A DNA stretch of 57,062 nucleotides, the filler included, from Bipalium vagum (lineage: Eukaryota), in NCBI GenBank assembly GCA_037834085.1. It is 3 parts of 3 records of this genome, joined end to end, with 100 filler letters (N's around TTAATTAATTAA, not from the genome) between each part and the next. Parts side by side here need not be neighbours in the genome. Positions count along the whole stretch, not along the records: positions 21,680 to 37,236 come from JBBMKC010159850.1; positions 37,337 to 57,062 come from JBBMKC010269154.1; 1 more part is not named here. One strand, given 5' to 3'. Position numbers and translations under genes: made by a program. How positions within the stretch are numbered: position 1 is the first letter of the stretch; the number at the start of each line of letters is the position of its first letter. The notes beneath the pieces are model-generated. The model did not search any database. It was not told where the DNA came from and was given only the letters and a program-made list of their open reading frames with translations. Below, one piece after another: positions 23,918 through 38,352 of the stretch.

Positions 23918-24141
23918 CCCCTTCAGACCTGAATTATTGTTAACCGAAGAAAACATATCCTTTTACTATTATAATAATTATTGGTAAGACGGACATTACA
24001 AAAACACCGAATTATTTTAGGATAATTATAATGGTTTTGATTGATCTGCACACAGATGGCGATAGAGTAACTTATTTCACATAACAGTGTTATGAGATTT
24101 AAAATATTATGTACATATTCTGCTTATTTGGTCCTTTGGGG
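23918..24141. mobile_element. piggyBac-type MITE (224 bp)
   Basis: TTAA-CCCCttcaGACC ... GGTCctttGGGG-TTAA: imperfect TIRs with TTAA on both sides. Confidence 0.6.
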
Positions 24142-24693
24142 TTAAACATGATTTACTTAATAAAATCAAGCTCCATAAATGAAAATAATTAAATAGAAAC
24201 CATTTTTCAACATTTATAAATAAATAAATAAATTTATTGGCTTAATAATTAAATTAAATTTATTTATTTATATTTATTTAATTTATTAATATATAATATA
24301 TATATTATTTTATATTATATATAGAAAAATTGTAGCTCGTACTTAATGTTTCCTGGTGAATTTCGTAAATTATTATTTTTTATGAAAAATTTTGCTAAAT
24401 CACCAAAAGAAAATTATTTTATATCCAAAAATTGCAGATATTCATAAAATTTAACATAAAATCAAGATAAGGGATATAAATATTAAATGTTGTTACTTGC
24501 TTTATTTCTTTATTGATAAAATCGAATTGAATGACGACAAAACCTGTAAGAAACTATGGATCTTACAAATTTTACTGTCGATCATTACACCAATCACATT
24601 TTTACTACTTTCAATAAAAAAATATAAAATTGTAATACTTTATATGAAATAATAATACTAAAAACACAAACCATGAATCCATAATTGTCAATA

Positions 24694-24695
<2 letters not shown>

Positions 24696-24770
<75 letters not shown>
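24696..24770. repeat. (TTA)25 microsatellite
   Basis: Perfect run seen directly. Confidence 0.97.
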
Positions 24771-24771
<1 letters not shown>

Positions 24772-26102
24772 ATTATAATATTGTTTGCTAATAAATGATA
24801 AATAATGATAATGATAATGATTTATTACTATTATTATTATTATTATTATTTTATTTTAAAAAGGGTATACCTATTAATTATGCATGTCGCAGAATTGTAA
24901 AAGAAATAAACATTATTATTTCTCAGAATATTTATCTTTTCATTTTTAAACACAAATCTTTCAAAAATGAATTTAATAGAAAACCTATTACTATTTTATA
25001 ATACTTGGAGAATTAAATTAAAAATTAACTAATTAATTAATTTAAATAACCAATTCTGGTGTCTCTCTAACTAAGATAAGTGATTATTTAAATGTTCATC
25101 TGTTATATCGACAAAGTCTTCAATATATCTCAGTAATATATGATGATATAGAGGAAGTCAAGTGTATAAAATAATGATTAGGGTGGTAATTATTTTGAAT
25201 GGAGATTGTAAACTTTGGCAATATTCTTACAGAAAAACAATAAAACATAAAATTATTGATGAAACGGCACTGAGAAATGGATTTGAAGAATGAAGAATAC
25301 ACAGGAATAGTTTGTGAAATGGTTATGGATTTCTGGTGACAACTATAGATGAGATAACAAAATACCTAAGATATATCGAATTCAATATATCGAATATAAA
25401 TAGGGCAAGGAAATGATGCGGGTTCCAACGTAAATACTAAATAAACATATTTTAAAATATAATTTTTTGTTGAATTTTGTTCTTTATTTTGAATTTTTTT
25501 TCCGTGTAATAGAAAAAAGAATATTTATAAATTCTTGTACTGTTAATTATCAAAGATGTTTTGTGAATATTATTGAAGAATTTTTAATTAAAACATATTA
25601 TTGTAATATTTACGTATTATATATTATATATAAATAAGGATATTAAAGATAGAAATTTTTAACAATAAGAAATTTTCAAAGTAATTCGTATAAGTCTTTT
25701 GTTTTCATTTTGGGAAACATAATAAGAATCATTTCTTAATAATAAATCTTAATAAATTATGTTGAAAATGGAATTTTTAATTACTAGAAAAATAAAAGGA
25801 TTATCATTTTTGAATTAGTTAAAATATTACAGATTTTAAATATTTTTATTTTATATTAAAAATATTTTAATATTTTATTTTTCAAATTTTGATATGCGTA
25901 AGCTGCTTAATGCAAATATTAGAATTATTCTTATTTCGTAAAATAATTTCAAAAATTTTAAAAAGAGAAGTTTTTTTTATAAATAGGGGTTTGTCATGGC
26001 TGTCTAAACAAATCTAACAATACCTTAAGTACGTTTGTAGGAGATGATCAATTTTCATCGATTTGTTTTTAAACTGTTATTAGGCGGTTACATTATTTTT
26101 GC

Positions 26103-26858
26103 TGTGGCGAACCTCTTTTTAAAGTCACCTCTATATAAAGTCGTTTACTATTTTTTTTAAAAATATATAAAAATTTTAACAAAAATTCATCTATATAACG
26201 TCACTTTTCTACAACACCAAACATCTCTATAACGTCAAATTTTTAGGCCCTACATTTAATATTTATATCAATGTTTTTACAATTACCTCCATATAAAGTC
26301 AATTTAAAAATACTTAAATAATGAAATAATTATTCTTTAAGTGCACATTTAAATGAAGCCTGAAAAATCTAAAACGATCGCAAACTAACACTACAAAAAA
26401 GAAAAAAAAATACTTAAGTTTGTGAACCAGAATAATTATTCATAGTGAATAAGCATAAATGTTTCTCATATCAAGAACAACTATAAATGGGATAATAAAG
26501 TCAAAAGAGGTCATTGAAGATGCATTGATTAATGGTAAATGCTCAAAACAATCAATGATAAAAATCACACAGCATGAAGATCTTGGTCAATATGTTTGGT
26601 GTGTTCAAACCGATCAGGAACCACAATGTTCATGTAAATGGTTTGCTTTTAAAAGAAAAAACAAAAGAATTGACAATTATGTCGAAGATTTTCAAACCAG
26701 TGATCGATGGCTTGAAAAGTTTTTAAAAAGATATTCAATAATTTTATATGTAATTTTTAAGTTGAATTTTAAAAATTTTCCTCTCAATAACGTAAAACCA
26801 CCTTATAACGTCATAAAATCGTGGTCCCGACAGGTGACGTTATAAAGAGGTTTGGCTG
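26103..26858 (+). mobile_element. pogo/Tigger-like deletion derivative keeping the CENP-B-type DNA-binding region
   Basis: Imperfect TIRs (..AACCTCTTT.TAA.GTCACCT / AGGTGACGTTATAAAGAGGTTTGGCTG), subterminal TATAACGTCA repeats, and peptide ISRTTINGIIKSKE..DFQTSDRWLEKFLKRY. Confidence 0.88.
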
Positions 26859-27390
26859 CATAAATGAGATTTATAAAAACCAATATTAATTTTTAAACAA
26901 CTTAACATTATTGTTTTATTGTTAGTACTATTGTTAATTTTTGAGCAACCAAGAAGCAAAGCTGAGTTTTCTCATTCACATTGCAATTTTATCTTTATGT
27001 ATTTAAACAATAATTCAAAAACAAAAGTTAATTCTTTTATGAAAAACTGATATAAGAACATCAAACAATTATGTCTCCTAAATATTGTAGAGACCTCAAA
27101 TTTAATTTTAAATGATAAATGATGATTTACAATGAAAAATATAATTTTAAATTTGCTTGATGAATGTTTTAGGTTTAATTTAAAAATTATTATAATAATA
27201 TATATTAGAAAATAAAATTATTAAAGATTTATTAAAAAAATTTATTAAAGAAATAACTTTTCTGGATATTTTTGTTAATATAACTAATCATCTAAAATAA
27301 TTTGTTATGAAATAAATATTACTTTCAATTGTGCTTTATATAATCAGTTCAAAAATATCAAAAATTGTGATTAACTGCCAATCACTAACG

Positions 27391-27687
27391 CACGGCTGAT
27401 CGGATAGTAATGAAAAAAAATTGAAAATACAATAGACAGTTTCTTGTGAAATACCGGAGTTCAGGAAATGATAGCAACAAATCTTTATTTACATAGAAGA
27501 TTTTTTTTAATTTTTCCGAAAAGGAACATATCCTTCACCCATCATCTCGTTAAAATATAAAAATATTGTAGTTATATTCTGATAAATATTATTTGAATCG
27601 ATTTATTATACTGGTCAATTATTTGATTTAATTAAATAAAAATTCGAGTATCAGTAAATTTGTCTCATTACTATCCGATCATCCGTT
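27391..27687. mobile_element. Tc1/mariner-type MITE (~297 bp)
   Basis: CACGGCTGATCGGATAGTAATGA... is inverted at ...TCATTACTATCCGATCATCCGTT; ~40-bp imperfect TIR. Confidence 0.85.
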
Positions 27688-29667
27688 TCTCTAATAATGA
27701 AGATAAGTCAAGAATTCATAAACATTTGTTCAATTTAAGAAATACAAAAATAGTTTCTCTAGAATAATATATACAATCCCCGCCAAAAGTCTTCTCCACG
27801 TTTATAATCCTATTTCATGTAGGGCAATGATTTGTACCCGTTTTTCTGGCAATAATTCCTTACCTGGCATAGTTAGATTTCTCTACAAAATATTATTAAA
27901 TCATTAATCAAAATTTATCAATAAAAAAATAAATAACTAAAGAATAAATAACTAAAAGATAAACTAGGCCTTTTTACATGGTGGCCAAAGACTTTTTTAT
28001 ACGAAAATCACAACACCCTATTAATCAAATTTCACTTTAAAACTGTTTTTATTTTTAATTTAATTTATTGCTTATCTATATGTTATAATTATTTTAATTT
28101 AATTTATTATTTATTCATTTTTATTTAATAATGATTCTAATAATCTAAAATTTTGATTAATCAAAATTGCTAGCACTTATAGTTGGGCAAATTTTTTTGA
28201 TTTGTTTAAATGTTAAATTCCAATGAAATATTAATTAAATATTAAACAAAAAAAAGAATTTATGTAAAAAAATTGTGTAAACATTTTTTATGAATTTTTA
28301 AAATTCAAAAAATTATAAAATATAATTATTTTTTTCTAATAAAATTTTTTAGATGTCATAATTAGTTTTACAAATAATGTGAAGGATGGTAAATATAAAA
28401 AATATATATTAGAAAATATGTACGAAGAAATACTACTTTAGGATTAGGATTTATAATCATTGAAAATTATAAGTAATATATAACTTACATTGTCTTCTTT
28501 TAGTGATCAAGCAATTTCGAATTTGTAGATTATTTTCGCTGTAACATTATTAAAATTTACTTTTATATATTTTTATTGCATAAGAAATAAAACTTAGTAC
28601 CACTGAGGATATAAAAATATTCCTTAAGTTCATCTGATAACAAAACCATCAATTCTCCAGGCTTTTCTTTGAACTGGTATCAATATCGGAAAGTAATACT
28701 TTTATGTCAAATACTTAAGTCATATTCAACTCTTATCATATCAAAAATTCGGAGGATTTCTGATACAAAAAACTTTGTGTTCATTCTTTAACACCCTTCT
28801 GTGGTTTTCTTACGAAAATATCAACTTATCATAAATATAGTTATATGAAACTTGGTGATTTTTTCAAAGAATTTAGACTCGCTTATATCGATGAAATTTC
28901 AAGAACCCTTTAAAAATATTTTTTAATCACTTTATTACATAAATTCGTTCCGACTTAGGTTAGAAAAATGGTTAATTTTTCAGAAAATAAATATAAAGAA
29001 AAACATCTCTTTTCATTTATTTCTATCTTTTCTCCCAAATGAATATGGCCCGTAATTTGTAAAAAATAATTATATTTCCTCTTACAAAAGTCGTTTTATA
29101 AATCCTAAATTGCCTTTTCTTGAATTTCAAAAGATCAGTCAAATGAAGTGAGATTTTTTTGTATAGACTTTATCTATTTATGCACATATTTTATAATCTA
29201 TATGAATGAAGAGGTCTGCTAAACCCAACGAAATTTCTCAGTGATTGTTCGATAATTTCTTGGAATGATCATGGTATTAGGCTATGTGAAAATTGATTTT
29301 TATTAAACTTTTGTTTTAACAAAGTACTTAGTTAAATTCTTACTCATTCATTTTCTTTTTATAATTTCAATAAAAAAATATGAATTTTATTATTCTGTAT
29401 AATATTAAGTATAGTACAAATATTTCATAAGAATAGCAATATTAAAATAATTTTATTTTTTTTAATTTTAATTTTTTAATTTTAATTTTTTTGATTTTAA
29501 TTAAAAATCTTTAAACTTTTTTTAGAATCAGAATATACTTATATTTATCGCTTTTTGCCAAGATTGCAAGTGTTTTCATATGTGCGAGAACAATAGATGA
29601 AAAATATAAATAAAATTAAAATACTACTGTAATTTTTTTGTTTGTAATAAATAAAGAAATATATACT

Positions 29668-30465
29668 ATGTCGACATGTTATTTAACGCAGCATTTTGAG
29701 CATGTCTTACTTTTTTTATTTGGCCACAATCAAAACAGACCAGTATATCTCAACATAAGAAATAGTCTAGACCTTAATTGTTAAACATTCCACATTTGGA
29801 AAGAGCACAAATTGTACGAAAACATTTTTAATTGGATTTCGGTATTTGAGTCTGTGTTAAAATTAAATTTATTGAATCCATTTCTGAATATCATGACAAT
29901 TAGGGATGAAACATGATTTGTCTACAGCAAAATTAAGTATCGATGATCATTGTAGGTGATTCATTTCAAGCAGCAGCAAACCCAGATTTGAATCTTAAGA
30001 AGTTGATGTTTTGTATTTGGTGGGATTCGAAGGAAATTATTTATAACGAGTTGCTTTTAATTTTTCAGACTTTCAATGCGAGAGGTTCCATTTTCGGTTC
30101 CAACTAGAAAAATTACAGGTAATGCTGAAGAAACCACTAAAATTAGTGAACATGAATGATGTGATCTTTCACCATGACTACACTAAGCCACGTGATGCTT
30201 TGCCAAACAAACACAAACTAAAGGACATTGACTTGGAAACAATGCATTTATTATACTCGACAGATTTAATTCATTAGGATTTCTATATATTCCAATCTCT
30301 TCAAAATAATCTGAACAGACAACAACTTCATTCAATTGAGAATTTCAAAGAGTGTTTGAACAACATTTTGCAGGGAGCCCAAAGTTTATATGAAGGTTGT
30401 ATACTCAGCTTATCGCAAAGCTAAAAACAAGAAATGGAAAACAATGGTCAATATTAGTGTGAATA
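29668..30465 (+). mobile_element. Decayed mariner (mellifera/cecropia-like)
   Basis: PFLNIMTIRDET*FVY..KKLMFCIWWDSKEIIYNELL..VIFHHDY..YSTDL..IFQSLQNNL..NNGQY. Confidence 0.88.
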
Positions 30466-30489
30466 AAATAAAGATTTATATTTATAATT

Positions 30490-31222
30490 TATATTCATAA
30501 TGAACCAATCCCTCATTATCAATAATAGTGACAAGCAATACCTTGTTTTTTGACTTGGACATCCTTTTTTTTGGATTTTGATTCATTTGGCTGACTGGCT
30601 TTTTGTTTCTGGCTCATAGCCATATACCCATGTCTCATCACCAGTGATGACTTTTTCCATCCACATGGGATCCAACTCAGTCATCTCTAGCATATTAAGG
30701 CGTTAAGCAACATGTCTTTTTCAGTTGCAAATCATCTTTAATAATTGTTGAGAATAATGATTTGGATAAACAAGTTTCCTCTTCAATCTTTCTGACAATA
30801 ATTTTTGGATTTTCATTAATCAAATTGATAATTTATGTTATTGCTTTTGAAGTTCTCATTGAAATTGGTCGTCCAGATCGTTCATCATCATTTACTGATA
30901 TACGATCATTTATGAAACGTGAAAACAACTCAAGAGAGCTTGTTTCCTTCATGCTGGAATCACCAAAAGCTTGTACCATCATTTTATGTGCTTCGGTTGC
31001 CGTTTTTCCGAGTTTAAAGCAAAATTTGAGTCATTTCCTCTACTCTAAAATTGATACGTTAATAGTATTTTTAAAATTATTTTTTAAAACTAACTGCGTG
31101 ATGTATGAAATTGAATTTAAAATAGACGTGTAATCATATATTTATAAAACAAAACTTATATCATTTTGGTTGTTAATTTAATTTTTATGGCTCCATTCCG
31201 GGAATTTATTGGACACACCTTG
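30490..31222 (-). mobile_element. Mariner (irritans-like) 5' two-thirds with TIR
   Basis: TA-CAAGGTGTGTCCAATAAATTCCCGGAAT TIR; LKFCFKLGKTATEAHKMMVQAFGD..DDERSGRP..KVITGDETWVYGYEPETKSQS. Confidence 0.93.
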
Positions 31223-32429
31223 TAGTATACATTGATTATTTCCATTGCTGATAGATACAGTTCAGGTAATGTCTTGAGACCTTCTTTATCGTTCATCATC
31301 ATTCATTCTATTTTTCATTAATAATGAAGATTAGAACATCTTTAAGTTAAATACATATTGTCTATCTACAAAAAATTTTAAGACAAATTGATAAAAATGT
31401 GATTTCCTTGTCCCAGGAAATTAGTATTTTTTTTATTTATGAAATGTAACATTTTAATAATAATATTTTAAAATATAATGCATTCCTTTGTTCATTTTTC
31501 TTTCATGACGAACTAAAAATTGTGTTTTTAATTTCATTTAATTGACAAAAATGAAAATATTCTAAAATCTGAATAAAAACAATCTTCATTAAAATATTAT
31601 TGAAAAAAATCGAAAAATTTTACATTAAATGAATGGCAAGGTCAAAGAGGAAAGTCGAAATTTTCTGCTTTTAATTTTATACTATTTTGTCATTGTAAGT
31701 AATCAATCGGTTTCTTTTAATTCTGTGGCGTCTAAATATATATATTAACAAAAGGTAAGCCTTTTGTCCCTTTAAACAACAAAGCATAGGCAACTTTTAT
31801 TCAATTTTTATTTCATTCAAAATACAAATATTATTAAGAGATTATTTTTCTTAATTTTATTTTAATTTTTGAAAAATTAAAACAATTAACTTTTTTTCAT
31901 AATGAAACCATTATTAATTGTTATCCCTTAAGTTACATTTTAATGTTTATTGATAATCAAAAAACCAATTATTAACGTTATATTTCATTTCAACAATTTG
32001 ATTAAATGAAGCATATCAGAAAATTTTAATCAAAAGGGATTAAAAGACTAAAAAATGTTTTTAATTATAACTGCTGTAGTGAAACAAATATAACTTACAA
32101 TTATATTTTCTTCAAATTAAAAATAAAATAATTATTCGTATGATTTATAATATATTTTAAGTAGTGTTTTGTTTTAATTAGTAAAAATTGAAAATTGTGG
32201 GAAAAGTTTTAGAAATTTTAAATTAAATTAATTAAACTTGGTTCAGCTTAGAAAGTATTTTTAAAAGTATAATTGACTTGGCATTAGAACTTTAGAAAAT
32301 ATTTATTTTTACTATCTTGAAAGAAATAAAATTAAATAGTAGAACAAAAAATTAAATTGAAAATTGAAAAATTCTTTCTATTATATACACAAGATCAGTT
32401 TTTTTTTTCATTCTAAACCTTATTGGAAC

Positions 32430-32615
32430 TACTAGTACCTTTTGGCGTACCCTGTATAAAAAATTGACCAATCAAAAGTTAGTTTAAAAATTTTAAATTT
32501 CTTAGTTTATAAAATTTAATTTTTAATTAATTTAACTAATAAAAGTAACCCTAACCTAAGTTCACTTTTGATTGTTTTTTTTCTTATACAGGGTTTGTCA
32601 AGTACAATACTACTA
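32430..32615. mobile_element. Small inverted-repeat element (MITE-like)
   Basis: ACCCTGTATAA...CAATCAAAAGT on the left is inverted as ACTTTTGATTG...TTATACAGGGT on the right; internal AACCCTAACCTAA. Confidence 0.6.
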
Positions 32616-34526
32616 ACTGTTTTATTTTAATGAGAGGCATTAGTAAACTTCATCAGACTCAGTGCGCGTCTGTTTCACTTTGAAAGGGTATAAATTGCAT
32701 TTTTCCATTACAAAATTGTTCATAATAATCTAGACTTTTTCCAATCCTTATGATTCTTAAAAATTTTCATCATTAATTAAATCAGTTGCTTAAATAAAAT
32801 GTTTCTGATCTAAATCCGAAAAAAATGGTGAGTCCTGAAAAATGTCATTATTCATTTTTATAATTTTCTGAATATTTTACCTGAAACATCAGACCTGGTA
32901 CTGTTTTACAAAAAAATATATCCCTTATCTTATTTTCACTTGCTTATAATTATTCGAAACAAAGATTTTATCAATGTGAAGGAGAAATATTCAATGATAT
33001 TCTGAAAACAGCAATACTCATATCTACAACTTTTTTGAATGAGAAGAGGGTTTTGAACTTATCTTAGCCATTCAATCTGATCAGAAATTGAAAAGAATTT
33101 TCAATTATCAAAATAGATCATTTCTCATCACAATCAAGAAACGTGTCTAAGCCAATTGATAAACCATTAAAAGTATAATTTACGTAGGTAAATTATTATA
33201 TTGATAAATAATTAAATTAAATTCCTCTTCGGAATTAAATTAAAGAAGGTGTAGATTTCTAAAATGAGTGTCACAGGATTGCAATATAGTACATATTGGA
33301 ACTTATCTTTCAATGTTTATATTTGAAAAATTAATAAAATCAGAAATGAACTAAAAAAAATCATAACAGGTGTTTTTATCAAATATTTTTGATTTTGAGA
33401 TTTTTATTGGTTATAAATACCTGAAAAGTCTACCCAAGACAGAAAGGAGTAGTCTATAGATCATGCTCCACTTCTACTCATAGAACCTGGTCATCATTTG
33501 TGGTCAGGATTTTTCCACATGTTATATTTTCAAGAAAAATATTTTCTTGAGAGAATTGTGGGTACAGTGGATATCTGATCCAAATACCAGAATATTTATT
33601 TTGGCTGATATCTCTGAGTTAAGCCTTTTTAAAATGAAAGGGCAATTATTATGGCAACCTAGTTCTGATACCATATCTTTAGGAGAGAAAAAGAAAGTTT
33701 GATTTAGTAAATAATGCAATTGTAAACAATTTTCAAATATTCACATAAAAACATTAACAAGTACTGATAACAATGATATTGATTGCCACGTTTTTCATAA
33801 ATCGAACATTTTTATGAAAGCCATGGAAATGTTAGGTTATCATTATGTAAAATTCATGACTTTTATGATTGCCCCTTCATTTTTTGCTTTACAGATGACG
33901 CATAATATTCAAATAGTACTCTTTATTTATATTTTAACCATTATAAGAAATTTGAGATGTATCACTTAAGAAAAAACTAAAAATTGTAAGCAAATCTCTA
34001 TTTATTTATAACATTTAATTCAAACTACGACATTAATAGGCATAAAATTGATTATCTTCTTCAATTTGATTGGATTCGGATATCTTCACATCCTTTCTTA
34101 GGATCTTTCAGTTTTCTTTATCATTTACATACTATTTACTTACTGTCTTTATTTGCTTCTGCATTGTACGTTTTATATTTAAAAATCACTGTTCTATCAC
34201 TTTCGAAACTACGCTAATTTTTGGCAATACTTTAAAAATTTACTTTGAAAAAATACAAGATGCAAATTTTACATCCAACTGGAACTCAGAATCCAAATTA
34301 CACGACCCAATTGATATTTCAGTCGTTTTACTATCTCTGTCTGATTTTCAGTCATCTTTCGCTTTGAACCAGATTCTTCGTTTCTTCAACGATTTCATTA
34401 TTTTTCAAAAAGTGAAAGATTTTGTATCTTTTTTGAAAATTTTAACGAAAAAGTTTATTCACGGATATCCAATAATTGATAAAAGATTTTCTTTCTACTT
34501 TTATGATTCGAGAACATAATAAGCTA

Positions 34527-35359
34527 TAAGGGGTACAAATAAATAATGAGGATTTATTTAAGATAGATTTTGTGAGATATCGAAATATAATCGTGAATAG
34601 AAATATAAATCAATTTGTTTAAATAATATCTAATCAATAGGGTAATCATTTAAATTTTCTTAATATGTTAATAATTTCAAAATTTTTAGATCTAAATATG
34701 TCAACATTTACGCCAAGCAAAGAACACTCCTGGGAAGTTCTCATTTATTACTTCATGATAAACAAAACTGCTGACGAACGCTGCAGGATGTAATGCGATG
34801 TTTATGGAAAACATGTAGTATCTCAGGACACATCTGCGAGCGTTGGTTTCACCGCTTCAGAAGTAATGATTTCAGTGTAAAGGATAAAAGAGCACCCAGA
34901 CCGTCCTTCCAAATTTGAAAACCACCATTTACAAAATTTATTAGATAAAGATGCTTGTCAATCGCAAAATCAACTTGCTATAAGATTAAGTGTTATCCAG
35001 CAAGCAATAAGCGCGCGATAACATGATATGGGTAAGATTTTAAAGAAATAAAAATTGAATGAAAGACAACTAGAAAACCGAAAATTAGTGAGTGATATGC
35101 TCTTAAGCAGGTACGAAAGAAAATCTGTCTTCCTAAAGAAAGAATGGGTTAACCCAGGTCAACCATCAAAACAAACTGCAAGACCAAACCGCTTCGGAAA
35201 GAAAGCAATGCTCTACGTCTGATGGGATCAGCAAGTTGTGGTGTATCATGTACGGATAACAATGGTCATTATTTTGAATGAAATAATTTTTTATTTTTGT
35301 TTCAAAATTACCAGGATTTGATTATTTAAATAATCAGCATTATTTATTTGTACCCATAA
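34527..35359 (+). mobile_element. Mos1/mauritiana-like mariner with both TIRs, internally deleted
   Basis: TIR GGGTACAAATAAATAATG / CATTATTTATTTGTACCC. ATG at 34698: MSTFTPSKEH..CERWFHRFRSNDF..QQAISAR..MGKI..WVNPGQPSKQTARPNRFGKKAML..NNGHYFE. Confidence 0.95.
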
Positions 35360-36334
35360 CAGTTCCTTACATAACATTTTATGTAAATAACTTGCCAAAA
35401 TAAGATTTTTGAAATCTTTATAAATTTCATATATAAATTTATAAATTGTCGAAACACATGACCAAAGTAATTTAACGAATATATTGAATTACATGAATGA
35501 ATATAAACAAAAAATTTATTCTTAAAAATTATTTATATAAATAATATTAATTGATGATGTAAATTTATTTTAAAAATAAAATAGAAATTAAAATTATTTT
35601 ATCCTTTTTATTTATAAGTATCCGTATAAAAAAATAATTTTAAAAAAAATTTCATAATCTGTTTATTTCTCTTCATTGATTTTTCTTTATAAATTTAGTG
35701 AAACTCTAAAAATTATCAATAATTTTAATTTTTAGTAATTATAACTTCATGCTTGAATTTGAATTAATTTTGACATCTACACTCAATTTTGAAGAAGAGC
35801 TATAGAATTTCAATTTGTGAAACCGCTGCTACTTCCACTGACGAATGGGCCCTATAAGAATAATATTATGAATTCATTATTGAAATTTCCAGTAATATCA
35901 AAGTCGGTGAACCGCGGTATGCTACCAATGAATGAAAAAGACTGTAAAATTAAAATTTCTATAAAAACCTCATATTATGTTGATAATTTTAAAATTTCCA
36001 AGATTACTTTATAGATTTTATATTTTCTTTTGTAAAATCCAAAGCTGGAAAAATTACAGGAAACGTAATAAGTACTTTATATAAAATTTATATTCGTACT
36101 TAATAAAAATAAATAATATATTAGGATAAACACTTAATCTGCGTAGAATTATTTTTAAATATTAAAATAGTTTCAGAAAATTAATTTTCACTTTTTTGAA
36201 ATATAATTCATTTTTTATTTAAAAAAATCACACAATTATTACTATGTAAATAGAATATTTTGGATAAATAATTACTGAAAATTATTATTATATAAATTAA
36301 ATATACATAATTATTTAGGAAACAAAAAATTTAT

Positions 36335-36640
36335 ATATCGTGCAATATGAAACGTCCGTTTTAATAGCATTTTTTGGAAATGTAAATCATGTAATAATTT
36401 ACTAAATTTTATTATATGGATATCATTTTAAAGCTTAGAATTTACTACATCAAACAGAACTAAATCATAAAATAAATATCGATTTTATATTCAAATTTTA
36501 GAAATGGCGTATAACCTGACAAACCGTGATTTTCGTGTCCTTTTTTAATGAGTGGAAAATGGTACATAATGCTCAAGAAGCTGCTGGGAACATTAATTAT
36601 TCATTTGACAAGGATTCCGCCAACGTACGTACCATAACAT
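36335..36640 (+). mobile_element. Mariner (cecropia/Hsmar1-like) 5' fragment
   Basis: RDFRVL..EWKMVHNAQEAAGNINYSFDKDSANVRT resembles 'EFKMGRKAAETTRNINNAFGPGTANERT'. Confidence 0.75.
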
Positions 36641-37236
36641 TAAACTTCTTCAATCACTTTGACGGGTTTGATTACTTTTCTATATATTTATTTACATTTT
36701 TAGCAAATTTTAAGATAATTTCAACTAAAAAATTCTAAAATTAAAACCAGAAGGTACAATAAATAAATCTTCGATTTCTTTCAGCTATTTTTTCCCTTGA
36801 GGGTTTTAACATTTAAGAAAAATCAAAAGATAGCATTATCCATTGACCACCAAATTAAAAACCTTTTAGCTATCCTTAAAAATCATTTAAGAAATATTTA
36901 AACAATAAAAATAAAAACAAACAAACCTGCTAACATAATCAAAAGTTTGAGAAATCAAAAAACTCAATCTTATTTCTTTTAAATAAATAAAGGTCTTAGA
37001 TAGATCTATCCCAGATAAATAAAGATTCTAATTGATTTTATTTACTAAAATAAAATCAGAATAAATAAAACCAATACGTGGTAAGTCTAAAAAGTACTTA
37101 GACTCTATCAGAAATAATGAATATATTTAAATAAAATTTTTGCACATAAAATATATATCATATACAGTTTGGTCCAACGAATTGTCCACCCCTTTAAAAA
37201 ATCCACAAATTTGTAATTTTGGTAATAAAAGTTAAA

Positions 37237-37336
37237 NNNNNNNNNNNNNNNNNNNNNNNNNNNNNNNNNNNNNNNNNNNNTTAATTAATTAANNNNNNNN
37301 NNNNNNNNNNNNNNNNNNNNNNNNNNNNNNNNNNNN
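37237..37336. other. Artificial contig spacer N44-TTAATTAATTAA-N44
   Basis: Identical to the first spacer. Confidence 0.97.
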
Positions 37337-38352
37337 TTAAGCTTTAATTTGTGAAATATAAGCAAAAGTCGTCAAAATTTAGGGGGTGAACTTACTTAAT
37401 TCGCCTACTGTATAATGAAGATTAATTTGAATAATTTAAACAAATGCTGTCCTATGGACTTTTTAACCATTATATAATTATCTTCAATAATTATTATCAT
37501 AATATTTTTTTATAATTTATCGTAATAAATAAAAGTATCATTAAATTTTATTGTTTAAATGGGTTTGATTCAGTACTGCGCTTTCGGACATAAAGATGAT
37601 ATTGTTCTGCTGAATTATTTTTAATTAATTAAGGGGATGATATTAACAGACGTTCTGTAAGCGGGATATAATTATATTTTATGTAACTGAAAATTTTCAA
37701 CTATTTCTGTGTTCAGTATTTGTTGTTTTTTATTATTAATTGATGCAAAACGAATGTTTTTTATTTTCCTGCAGTGGTAACTGATATTAAACTCAATGGG
37801 GATTTCATTAACCGAAAAGGAATTAATATGTGGTAACACATGAATTTAATTTCTCAATAAAAATGCGACATAAATTAACAGGAACAATTCTTCTACCAAT
37901 AATTTTTATCTTTTTAATATTAAATATTTAAAAATTATTATTTTTCTCAATAATAATAATAATAATATCAGCTGGTTTTCCAAATATTAAAATCAATAAA
38001 TTCTGGCTATCGACAAACCCGATATAAAAAAGTGCAAATTTACTTACAAAAATCATTTTATATAATTGGTAATATATAATTTATGATGGAAATGTTGTGT
38101 TCTTTTTTCTTATGAATGTCGAAAGGTCGAACTTCTTTAATCACATAATATATCGTCATTGGTTAATTGACGAATGAGAATCAATTGCCAAAAACTTATT
38201 ACGGTGGGTAATGTTTTTCAAAAGCTTTTAGGGATACATTTGTCAAAGGTTCCGTCGTATAATCAGTAAATAGAACAACTAAATATTAGTTTAAAAATTC
38301 AGGTACCATTGAGTGTGATAATATTCTAAAAAACAACTCATGTTAAATATTA

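Noticed and set aside
30762-31133. 123-aa plus-strand membrane-like ORF
   Set aside because: Antisense shadow of the minus-strand mariner transposase.
34070-34519. 149-aa hydrophobic ORF
   Set aside because: Phe/Ile-rich composition expected from T-rich DNA; no motif or splice support.
37775-37832. Candidate exon after a strong ttttcctgcag acceptor
   Set aside because: Peptide resembles neither srGAP nor PDE1; the surroundings look like a weak Helitron helicase remnant, itself unproven.
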